In this document: in pieces, positions 9,919 to 18,027 of the stretch
Position numbering within the stretch: the first letter of the stretch is position 1
How the letters are laid out: each line of letters opens with the position of its first letter
DNA from: Nitrobacter sp.
GTDB taxonomy: Bacteria; Pseudomonadota; Alphaproteobacteria; Rhizobiales; Xanthobacteraceae
DNA: 64,000 nt
Assembly (NCBI GenBank): GCA_035546855.1
Contig: DASZVY010000034.1
Location: 20,195-84,194, forward strand
Direction of reading: 5' to 3'
Made by a program: the position numbers and the translations under genes
The notes under the pieces: generated by a model
The model's database searches: none
Seen by the model: only the letters and a program-made list of their open reading frames with translations
Told to the model about the DNA's origin: nothing

Positions 9919-10728
9919 ATGTCGGGACGCTACAATGCTTACACCAAGCTGAAGCTGGATTATCCCTCGAAACGTATCCTCCGGATCACTTTCGATCGAC
10001 CGGAGACCTACAACTCGGTCGATGCGGAAACCCACACCCAGCTCACCCACATCTGGCGGGACATCAACGACGATCCCGATATCAACGCGGTGATCGTCAC
10101 CGGCGCGGGCAAGGCTTTTTCCGCAGGCGGTGATTTCGAGTTGATCAAGAGTATCCTCGACAATCCGGTCGCGCGCATGTCGACCTGGAAGGAAGCAAAG
10201 GATCTCGTTTACAACGTCATCAACTGCAACAAGCCGATCATCTCGGCGATCAACGGTGTCGCGGTCGGAGCGGGTCTCGTCGTCGGCATCCTCGCGGATG
10301 TCTCGATTTGCGGCAAGTCGGCCCGGATCGTCGACGGGCATACGCGGCTCGGCGTCGCCGCGGGAGACGTCGCCTGCATCATATGGCCGCTGTTGTGCGG
10401 TCTCGCCAAGGCGAAATATTACCTGCTGACCTGCAAGCCGCTGTCGGGCGAGGAAGCAGAGCGGATCGGATTGGTGTCGCTGTGTGTCGAGGATGCCGAT
10501 TTGCAGAAGATCGCGCTCGAAACCGCGGAGGATCTGGCGGGCGGCGCGCAAAGCGCGATCCGCTGGACCAAATATGCGCTGAACAACTGGCTGCGCGTCA
10601 ACGGGCCGCTGTTCGATACCTCGACTGCGCTGGAGATGCTCGGCTTCACCGGCGTCGAAGCGCGCGAGGGGCTTGCCTCGCACCTCGAGAAGCGGAAGCC
10701 GAATTTTCCCCCGGAGTGCCCGGTCTGA
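9919..10728 (+). CDS. Enoyl-CoA hydratase/isomerase (crotonase) family protein
   Basis: 269 aa. Crotonase pattern [16 protein letters not shown] ... [12 protein letters not shown]. Confidence 0.85.
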   Translation: MSGRYNAYTKLKLDYPSKRILRITFDRPETYNSVDAETHTQLTHIWRDINDDPDINAVIVTGAGKAFSAGGDFELIKSILDNPVARMSTWKEAKDLVYNVINCNKPIISAINGVAVGAGLVVGILADVSICGKSARIVDGHTRLGVAAGDVACIIWPLLCGLAKAKYYLLTCKPLSGEEAERIGLVSLCVEDADLQKIALETAEDLAGGAQSAIRWTKYALNNWLRVNGPLFDTSTALEMLGFTGVEAREGLASHLEKRKPNFPPECPV

Positions 10729-10769
10729 GGTTTCGGAGCGGCGGTGCCCCGCTTGGGAGGGCGTCCCGC

Positions 10770-12743
10770 TCAGGAGTTTGCGATCTGCCGCCGCAGCTTT
10801 TCGACGGCATCCGGATTGGAGAGGGCGGAGAGGTCGCCCGGATCCCGGTTCTCGAACACCGCACGGAGCACCCGCCGCATGATCTTCATGTTGCGGGTGC
10901 GGGGGAGGTCATCCACGAACACGATGCGTTCGGGCCGATACGACGCTCCCATGCTCGTGACCATGGCGCCCGAAAGCTCTGTTGCGAGCTGAGACCCGAC
11001 GTCCACGCCGGGCATGGGAACGCAGGCGCAGACGATGGCGGAGCCCTTCACCGGATGCGGAAGGCCGAAGATGGCGGCTTCGGAGACCTTCCCCGTGTCG
11101 ATCAGGATGCCTTCAAGCTCCGCCGGCCCCGTGCGCTTTCCGGAAATCTTGATGGTGTCGTCGGAGCGACCGAGAATGTAGTAGAGGCCGTCCTCGCCAC
11201 GCATGGCGAAGTCGCCGTGAACCCACAGGTTCGGCAGTGTGTTCCAGTAGCTTTCAATGTAGCGCTCGTCGGCCTGCCAGAGGCTTTTGGTAAGCCCGAT
11301 CGACGAATGACGCAGCACCAATTCGCCGACTGCGCCGGGCGGCAGGGTGTTGCCGTCATTGTCGACGATGTCGGCGCCGACCCCAAGGGCCGGGCGCGCA
11401 AACGACCCCGGGTTCATCGGATGGTTCGGTGTGCCGATCAGGATGCAGCCGCCGACCTCGGTGCCACCTGAAATATTGATGATCGGGATTCGAGACTTGC
11501 AGACATGGGTGAAGAACCACAGCCATGGCGCCGCCGTCCAGGCCTCGCCGCCCGACGTCGTGATCCGAAGCGTGGAGAGATCGTGACGCTCGACCTCTTC
11601 GGCGCCGTAGCGCATCAGGCTGCGGACGATGGTCGGGGAGACCCCGAGGTAACTGACTTTGTGATCGGCAATCAGCCGCCAGAAGCGCCCTTGGTCCGGA
11701 TAATCGGGTGTGCCCTCCGCGATGAGCAGGCTCGCGCCTGCGAAACTCGGGATGCAGGCGCACATGGCGCCGACCATCCAGCCCATGTCGCTCATGAAGA
11801 AGAAACGGTCGGTTGATTTGAAATCGCCGCAGATAATGATGTCGCGCGTCACCATCGATCCGATGAAGCCGATATGGGTCCAGATGCAGCCCTTGGGCTC
11901 GCCGGTCGTGCCCGACGTATAGAGCAGGATGGCGGGATCCTCGGCCTGCATCTCGACGGTCGGCATGGAATCCTCCACGTCAACGACGACGTCTCGCCAC
12001 CAATGGTCGCGGCCATCGCGCATCGGCGTTTCGATATCGAGGTTGCCGCGCTCGGCGACGATGACGTGCCGGACCGACGGAGCCTGCTCCAGCGCCGTGT
12101 CGAGCACGGACTTCAGCGGCGCGCCGACGCCGCGCCGCCAGGTGCCGTCGGCGGTGATGACCGCCTTGGCCTCGCCGTGATTCAGGCGCGAGCGGATCGG
12201 ACTTGGACCGAACCCCGAAAACAGCGGCATCACGATCGCGCCGATCTTCAGGATGGCGAAGAAGGCGACGAACGTCTCGGGCAAATTCGGCATGTAGATC
12301 GCGACGACATCACCGCGGCCGACGCCGAGGCGGAGGAGAGCCTGCGCCAGGCGATCCGTCTCGGAATCAAGATCGCGATAGGTGAGGGAGCGCTGCTCGC
12401 GCCGGTCCTCGCCTTCCCAGACCAGGAACGTCTGATCCCAGACCGAGGTGCCGCGATGCCGGTCGATGCAGTTGAGGACAATATTGGTTGTTCCTCCGAC
12501 ACACCACCGGGCCCGCGGCTGCCCGCGCGACGTATCGAGCATCCGGTCGCAAGGTCGATAGAATCGCACGTCGCAAAACCTGAAGACCTCCTCCATGAGC
12601 CAGGCCGGATCAGCCTCGGCCTGTCGCGCCAGGCTGTCGTAGTCAGGGTGCCCCGTCGCTCGCAGGAACGCGGTAAGATTGCTGTTGGCCACCAGATCGG
12701 CAGGAGGCGTCCAGATGTATGAGGTGCCGTCTGTCATCGCCAT
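10770..12743 (-). CDS. Acetyl/acetoacetyl-CoA synthetase-family acyl-CoA synthetase
   Basis: ORF 10770..12833. About 657 aa from the ATG at 12743 (MAMTDGTSYIWTPP). Motifs YTSGTTGEPKG and WWRDV. The start is uncertain. The ATG at 12833 is possible, but it would place the palindrome at 12802 inside the coding region. Confidence 0.8.
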   Translation of the reverse strand: MAMTDGTSYIWTPPADLVANSNLTAFLRATGHPDYDSLARQAEADPAWLMEEVFRFCDVRFYRPCDRMLDTSRGQPRARWCVGGTTNIVLNCIDRHRGTSVWDQTFLVWEGEDRREQRSLTYRDLDSETDRLAQALLRLGVGRGDVVAIYMPNLPETFVAFFAILKIGAIVMPLFSGFGPSPIRSRLNHGEAKAVITADGTWRRGVGAPLKSVLDTALEQAPSVRHVIVAERGNLDIETPMRDGRDHWWRDVVVDVEDSMPTVEMQAEDPAILLYTSGTTGEPKGCIWTHIGFIGSMVTRDIIICGDFKSTDRFFFMSDMGWMVGAMCACIPSFAGASLLIAEGTPDYPDQGRFWRLIADHKVSYLGVSPTIVRSLMRYGAEEVERHDLSTLRITTSGGEAWTAAPWLWFFTHVCKSRIPIINISGGTEVGGCILIGTPNHPMNPGSFARPALGVGADIVDNDGNTLPPGAVGELVLRHSSIGLTKSLWQADERYIESYWNTLPNLWVHGDFAMRGEDGLYYILGRSDDTIKISGKRTGPAELEGILIDTGKVSEAAIFGLPHPVKGSAIVCACVPMPGVDVGSQLATELSGAMVTSMGASYRPERIVFVDDLPRTRNMKIMRRVLRAVFENRDPGDLSALSNPDAVEKLRRQIANS

Positions 12744-12801
12744 CCACGGTTGCTGAGCGTACCTCAAAGCTAGTCCCGCGCGATCGGCGGCGTCAACAGA
12801 A

Positions 12802-12817
12802 TCTAACGGTTGTTCGA
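12802..12817. promoter_or_regulatory. Operator-like palindrome TCTAACGgtTGTTCGA (degenerate copy)
   Basis: Lies between the divergent synthetase (minus) and transglutaminase-like (plus) genes. Same spacing and arms as the other copies. Confidence 0.55.
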
Positions 12818-12887
12818 AAGTAGAAGCGGGCATGCGCCTGTGTTAGTATTTTGTTCGGCTCGATTGTTCCACGACGAGTGCTCCAGC

Positions 12888-13571
12888 ATGATTCCAGACG
12901 ATTCTCTCGATAAATTCCTGTCGCCGACCTCCTATATCGATAGCGATTCATCCGAAGTGCGCGGCTTCGTCGGCAGCGTTCTCGGGAATGCTGAAGGGCT
13001 GTCCGACAAGGAGAAAGCCATTCGCCTGTTCGACGCCGTGCGGGACCGGATCAAGTACGATCCTTTTCATATTGGGGTGTCCGAGGATGACTATCGCGCC
13101 AGCCGCATTGCCACGAAGGCCGCCAACTGGTGCGTTCCCAAGGCCATCCTGCTGACGGCAGCGCTGCGCGCGGCCGGAATGCCGGCGGCGGTTGGTTTTG
13201 CCGACGTCAGGAATCACCTGAATACGCCGAAGCTCGCCGATCTCATGGGAACCGATCTTTTCATCTACCATGGCTATGCCGCGCTCTGGCTGGACGGACG
13301 CCCGTTCAAGGTCACGCCCGCATTCAATACGGAACTGTGCGAGCGGTTTGGCGTGAAGCAGTTGATCTTCGACGGCGAGAGCGATGCGCTGTTCCACGAA
13401 TTCGATACGCACAATCACCGCCACATGGAGTACGTCAACGACCGCGGCTGGTTCGCCGACCCGCCGATCGCGGCGCTTCTGAAAGACTTTCGCGTGACCT
13501 ATCCGAAACTCGTGGCGATGAATGGCAGCCGCCAAGAGGTCGATGACGCGATGTTCCGTCCGACATCCTGA
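12888..13571 (+). CDS. Transglutaminase-like cysteine-protease-fold protein
   Basis: ORF 12810..13571. ATG at 12888 (MIPDDSLDKF). Candidate catalytic Cys context ANWCVPKAILL and His context FIYHGYAALWLDG, as in transglutaminase-core proteins. Confidence 0.65.
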   Translation: MIPDDSLDKFLSPTSYIDSDSSEVRGFVGSVLGNAEGLSDKEKAIRLFDAVRDRIKYDPFHIGVSEDDYRASRIATKAANWCVPKAILLTAALRAAGMPAAVGFADVRNHLNTPKLADLMGTDLFIYHGYAALWLDGRPFKVTPAFNTELCERFGVKQLIFDGESDALFHEFDTHNHRHMEYVNDRGWFADPPIAALLKDFRVTYPKLVAMNGSRQEVDDAMFRPTS

Positions 13572-13584
13572 GCACAACCGGCGG

Positions 13585-14760
13585 TCATTGCTGCGATTGA
13601 GTCTTGGCGTATTGAACCGCGATGCGACCGACTTTCTCGCGCGCGATGACCAGCTTTTGAATTTGAGCCGTCCCGTCGCCGATCTGGAGGCCCATCACGT
13701 CGAGATAACGCTGATGGAATGGAAGGTCGGTGGTGTAGCCGTAGTGCCCGTGCGTGAGCAGGCATTGGTGAATGATCTCGCACGTCGTTTTCGGGATGTA
13801 CCACTTGCACATCGCAGCTTCCGCAGTATGGGCCAGCCCGCAGTCGCGGAGCGACAGGGTGTAGTAGCAGAGCTGTCGCATCATGGTGAGTTGGGTCTCG
13901 GCCTCGGCCAACGGGAAGCTCACGCCCTGGTATTGCGCGATCGGCCGTCCAAACGCAGTCCGTTGGCTTGTGTACGCCCAGGTTTCGTCAAGCGAGGCTT
14001 GCGCGGGGCCGATGCATTCGAGGCCGATCAGCGCGCGGCTGTAGTCGAACCCCGCCATGATCTTGGAAAAGCCCTTGTTCTCCTCCGCCATCAGGCATTC
14101 GGCCGGAACGAAGACGTCGTCGAGAAAAATCGAGCCGCGTCCGACCGGCTTGGTGCCGATATCGTCGAAATGGGTTCGCGTAACGCCGCGCTGGTTCATA
14201 TCGACAAGGAAGGCGCTGACTCCGCGCGCGCCATCCTCGACTTTTCCGGTCCGCGCGAAAATGACGGCGGCCTCGCACTGGTCCGACAGGCTGATCGATG
14301 TTTTTTCGCCGTTGAGGCGGTAGCCGTTTCCTGTTTTTTCCGCGCGAAGGATCAGATTTGCGGCATCCGAACCGCCGCGGGGTTCGGTCAGGCCGAGGCC
14401 GACGAGGGCGTCTCCGCGCGTGATCCTGGGAAGCCACTCCTGCGCGACGTCGGCAGACGCATATTGGGCGATCATGCCGCCGACGAGCGATGCAAGCAGG
14501 GGAGCGTAGCTGGCATTGAAATCAGCGTAGGCGATCTGTTCGATGATGACTCCGGCGGTGAGGCTGTTGACGCCGAGGCCGCCATATTGCTCGGGCAGGT
14601 CGGGGCCGATCAGGCCCAGGGATCCCATTTCCTTCAGGATCGAGCGATCGAGATGATGACCGGTCGCCCGCTTCAGGTAGTGCGGCGCGAGCTTCTCTTT
14701 CGCAAATCGGGCGGCGGTCTCGCGAAAGGCTTCCTGCTGCTCGCTGAGCGCATAGTCCAT
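13585..14760 (-). CDS. Acyl-CoA dehydrogenase
   Basis: 391 aa. ACAD pattern (GLGLTEPRGGSDA, THGHYGYTTD). Confidence 0.9.
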   Translation of the reverse strand: MDYALSEQQEAFRETAARFAKEKLAPHYLKRATGHHLDRSILKEMGSLGLIGPDLPEQYGGLGVNSLTAGVIIEQIAYADFNASYAPLLASLVGGMIAQYASADVAQEWLPRITRGDALVGLGLTEPRGGSDAANLILRAEKTGNGYRLNGEKTSISLSDQCEAAVIFARTGKVEDGARGVSAFLVDMNQRGVTRTHFDDIGTKPVGRGSIFLDDVFVPAECLMAEENKGFSKIMAGFDYSRALIGLECIGPAQASLDETWAYTSQRTAFGRPIAQYQGVSFPLAEAETQLTMMRQLCYYTLSLRDCGLAHTAEAAMCKWYIPKTTCEIIHQCLLTHGHYGYTTDLPFHQRYLDVMGLQIGDGTAQIQKLVIAREKVGRIAVQYAKTQSQQ

Positions 14761-14801
14761 GCCTGCTTCCCTGCGAAAGATTCCTGATTTATTCGAACTA
14801 T

Positions 14802-14817
14802 TCTAACAATTGTTAGA
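14802..14817. promoter_or_regulatory. Operator-like palindrome TCTAACAatTGTTAGA (perfect; with flanks TTCTAACAATTGTTAGAA it is an 18-bp perfect palindrome)
   Basis: Lies 42 nt upstream of the acyl-CoA dehydrogenase start at 14760. Confidence 0.7.
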
Positions 14818-14903
14818 AACGAAGCAATGTCAGTGAGAGGGCCGCGCATGACGCCCGATACGATGCGAGCTGTCGAGAAGGGCGACCGAGCCGCGCAGGC
14901 ACT

Positions 14904-15761
14904 TTAGTCATGGTTCGGCTTGCCGTCGCCGCGGGTGCGCGTCGCGAATTTGATGGCATCGATCATCTGGCGCGCGTCGTGCGCCAGATGCAGCGTCTCC
15001 CCGCCGTCGATGTACCATTCTTCGCCGGTGACGAATTTTCCAAGCGGAGAACTCAGGAAAATGATGGCGGCGGCGACGTCTTCGACGTCTCCCATTCGCC
15101 CCAGAACGTTCCTGTTCAGCTTGAGCCACTGTTCGGGGGCGATCGGATAATGGCCCATGCCTTCGGTCTTGACGGTGCCCGGAGCCACGCAGTTCAGCCG
15201 GATGCCGAACTCGGCCCATTCAAAGGCCAGCGTCTTCATCATGCCGAGAACGCCGCCGCGCGCCGCGGCCGTATGCACAAAGCCGCTCAGGCCGGAGCGA
15301 ATGCAAGCAGTCACGAAAACGATCGAGCCGCCATTGCCGAACATGAAGTGATCGGCGACGGCCTTGGTCATTTGCCACGATCCGATCAGGTTATTGCGGA
15401 TCACGGCCTCGAACCCCTTGTTGTTGAGGTCGCGTGCCGGGCTAACGAACTGGCCGCCGGCATTGTTGACGAGAATATGCAACCCGCCGAACGTTTGCCG
15501 GATGCGCTGCATCGTCGCTTCGATCCCCTCGGGATCGCGGATGTCGGCCGAAATCGCCAGCGCTTCGCCGCCGGAGTCGCGAATCTCTTTGGCGCAGGAT
15601 TCGATGGGTTCGCTGCGCCGTCCAAGGACGACCACGCGCGCACCGCATTGCGCCATTTCCAGCGCAGTCGCGCGGCCCATTCCCGTACCTCCGCCGGTCA
15701 CGAGCGCGACCTGATCCTTTAAGAGATCGGGGGCAAAGCGCATTTTCGACATTTGAGGCAT
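14904..15761 (-). CDS. Short-chain dehydrogenase/reductase (2,4-dienoyl-CoA / enoyl-CoA reductase-like SDR)
   Basis: Rossmann motif VTGGGTGMGRA and NNAG. 285 aa. Confidence 0.8.
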   Translation of the reverse strand: MPQMSKMRFAPDLLKDQVALVTGGGTGMGRATALEMAQCGARVVVLGRRSEPIESCAKEIRDSGGEALAISADIRDPEGIEATMQRIRQTFGGLHILVNNAGGQFVSPARDLNNKGFEAVIRNNLIGSWQMTKAVADHFMFGNGGSIVFVTACIRSGLSGFVHTAAARGGVLGMMKTLAFEWAEFGIRLNCVAPGTVKTEGMGHYPIAPEQWLKLNRNVLGRMGDVEDVAAAIIFLSSPLGKFVTGEEWYIDGGETLHLAHDARQMIDAIKFATRTRGDGKPNHD

Positions 15762-15793
15762 GGTCGGATTTCCAGTTGAACGGGCGCGGTCAT

Positions 15794-15809
15794 TCTAACA
15801 GATGTTAGA
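15794..15809. promoter_or_regulatory. Operator-like palindrome TCTAACAgaTGTTAGA (perfect)
   Basis: Lies in the divergent region between the SDR (start 15761, minus) and the acyl-CoA dehydrogenase (start 15907, plus). A related pair of half-sites, TCGAACA-N6-TGTTAGA, lies at 15880..15899. Confidence 0.7.
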
Positions 15810-15906
15810 TTTCCGGAAAGGCCGCCGGAGACTCGCTTCGAACTGGTTATTTCGATCGTGAATGCTAAAGTAGCGCGTATCGAACATCCGACTGTTAGAG
15901 TGGCCG

Positions 15907-17085
15907 ATGACTGCGCAAACTGACGGCACGCCGACCGGCTCGATTTATTTTGGGGAGGAGCACGAACTGCTTCGGACGCAGGTCCGGCGCTTCGTGGAAG
16001 AGGAGATCAAGCCCCATGGTTTGAAGTGGGAGCAGGACGGCATGGTGCCGCGCGACGTGTTGCGGCGCATGGGCGAACTCGGCTTTTTCGGAATCCGCTA
16101 CGCGGCCGAGTACGGCGGCTCCGGGATGGATACGCTGGCGACCGTCGTGCTTGCGGAAGAGTTGGGGCGGTCGACATTCTCGGGCGTCGCCATCACGGCG
16201 TTGGTTCACACCGATATGGCGTCGGTTCATATCTACAATTCCGATTCTCGGGATCTCAAGCAGCGTTTCATGCCGGACGTGATCGCCGGTCGCAAAATCG
16301 TTGCCGTGGGCGTGACGGAGCCCGGCGCGGGATCTGACGTCAAGAGCATTCGGACAACCGCGCGTCGCGACAGCGACAGCTATGTTCTCAACGGCAGCAA
16401 GCTGTTCATCACGAATGGCGTGCATGCCGATCTCTATTGCATCGCGGCGGTCACCAATCCTGATGCGCGACCGTCGCAGCGGCTGTCGATGATTCTCGTC
16501 GAGAAGGGAACGCCGGGCTTTCGCGTTGGCCGCGAACTCGACAAGCAGGGCTGGCGGTCTTCCGACACGGCCGAACTGGTGTTCGAGGATTGCCGCGTCC
16601 CCGCGACGAGCCTGCTGGGGGAAGAGGGACGTGGCTTCTACGCCATCATGCGTAACTTCCAGAACGAGCGGATCGTCATTGGCGCGATGGCCATGGGAGA
16701 AGCGCAGGCCGCGATCGAACTGACGCTGGATTGGGTTACGCAGCGTCAGGCTTTCGGCGAACCGCTATGGGCCAAGCAGACCATTCGGCAGCGGATGGCG
16801 ATGCTGGCCGCGAAAGTCGAGGCCGGCCGCCAACTGGTCTATCACGCGGCATGGCTCGCCTCGCGCGGGGTCGATGCCACCAAGGAAGTCTCGATGGTGA
16901 AGGCCTATTGCGGCGAGCTTGTCAACGAAGTGATGTATCACTGTCTCCAGTTCCATGGAGGTATGGGATACATGCGTGAAAGTACGATCGAGCGCATGTC
17001 GCGCGATGCGCGGGTCCAGAACATCGGTGGCGGTGCGACGGAAGTGATGCTGGAAGAGGTCGCCAAGCGCATGACCGGTGCTTGA
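15907..17085 (+). CDS. Acyl-CoA dehydrogenase
   Basis: 392 aa. ACAD pattern (GVTEPGAGSDV, QFHGGMGYMRE). Confidence 0.9.
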   Translation: MTAQTDGTPTGSIYFGEEHELLRTQVRRFVEEEIKPHGLKWEQDGMVPRDVLRRMGELGFFGIRYAAEYGGSGMDTLATVVLAEELGRSTFSGVAITALVHTDMASVHIYNSDSRDLKQRFMPDVIAGRKIVAVGVTEPGAGSDVKSIRTTARRDSDSYVLNGSKLFITNGVHADLYCIAAVTNPDARPSQRLSMILVEKGTPGFRVGRELDKQGWRSSDTAELVFEDCRVPATSLLGEEGRGFYAIMRNFQNERIVIGAMAMGEAQAAIELTLDWVTQRQAFGEPLWAKQTIRQRMAMLAAKVEAGRQLVYHAAWLASRGVDATKEVSMVKAYCGELVNEVMYHCLQFHGGMGYMRESTIERMSRDARVQNIGGGATEVMLEEVAKRMTGA

Positions 17086-17126
17086 CGGATTTGCCTGCTG
17101 TTTCTCCGGAGCAGGCGTGGCCGCAA

Positions 17127-17879
17127 CTACCTTCTCGCAACGCCGTCGAAAATCAGCAGCTCCGTGCGCCGCGCGAGTTTGCGCACGTCCTCCTTCCTGC
17201 TGAAGCTGAACCATTCGACGGTCCAGTTGAGCGATCCCAGCACGAATATACGGAGCGGAACGATTTCGATGTCGGCGCGGATCTCGCCGGCCCGCCGGGC
17301 ATCGAGAAACAGCCGATCCCAATATTTGGCGTAGGCGCGGCGCAGCGGCCGATGCCGTTTTTTGAGATGTTCGGGAAGCTGCCCATAGATACGGATGTTC
17401 GCGGAGGTGAAGTCGCTCGCTTCCAGCAAGCCTGCCAGATGCGTTTCAATGGCGAGACCGATCCGCCGGCGGTGCGAGACGTCGCCGGCCCTTTTCAAAG
17501 CCGCCTTGACGGCTTCGAAAATTCCGTGAAGGCCACGGTCGAGAACTTCGTCGAGGATCGCTTCCTTCGAATCGAAATAATAATAAATGCTGCCGGCCTT
17601 GATTTTGGCCATGCCGGCGATTTGGCGTAGCGTCGTGGCGGAATAACCCTGCTGCCGAAAGAGCTTCGCGGCCGCCTCGAGGATGGTGTCGCGGGATTTC
17701 TCGGATTTTGAGACCGGTGTGCCGTTCGTTGCTGTCGCGCCGATATCATCTTCGCTGGCGGACGACTTGCGGATTTTTCGGCGTATCGGCAAGGGCGATC
17801 GGGCTCGCGCTGCTACTTTTCGCTTTCGATACGCGGATCCTGTGGCTATTAGCGTACGCCGCGTCGGGTGGGTGCTCAA
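17127..17879 (-). CDS. TetR/AcrR-family transcriptional regulator
   Basis: HTH region TILEAAAKLFRQQGYSATTLRQIAGMAKIKAGSIYYYFDSKEAIL. It has a long basic N-terminal extension, so the true start may be further downstream. Confidence 0.8.
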   Translation of the reverse strand: MSTHPTRRTLIATGSAYRKRKVAARARSPLPIRRKIRKSSASEDDIGATATNGTPVSKSEKSRDTILEAAAKLFRQQGYSATTLRQIAGMAKIKAGSIYYYFDSKEAILDEVLDRGLHGIFEAVKAALKRAGDVSHRRRIGLAIETHLAGLLEASDFTSANIRIYGQLPEHLKKRHRPLRRAYAKYWDRLFLDARRAGEIRADIEIVPLRIFVLGSLNWTVEWFSFSRKEDVRKLARRTELLIFDGVARR

Positions 17880-18027
17880 AATACCTCGGTCTCGTCAATA
17901 AGAGCGGCAAGGATAGTTTGTCGGATCGAATCTAGGCGAAAATTCCGCTGTGCGCTACTGTCCGATCAATCCGCGACGCCGGGCGTTGATCCCGGTAGAG
18001 CCACCTGCAGAAAATAGGAACTGGTCC

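Noticed and set aside
12744-12833. The upstream ATG at 12833 as the start of the acetyl/acetoacetyl-CoA synthetase-like gene.
   Set aside because: It would add ~30 poorly conserved-looking residues and put the operator-like palindrome (12802..12817) inside the coding sequence. I prefer the ATG at 12743 but cannot prove it without homologue alignment or proteomics.
15880-15899. A sixth copy of the regulon palindrome (TCGAACA-N6-TGTTAGA).
   Set aside because: The half-sites match, but the spacer is 6 rather than 2 nt. I did not count it as a bona fide operator and mention it only as a possible auxiliary site.
17093-17116. Hairpin GCCTGCT-N10-AGCAGGC between the convergent acyl-CoA dehydrogenase and TetR genes, as a possible terminator.
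   Set aside because: The stem is only 7 bp and no T-tract lies on either side. It is too weak to annotate.
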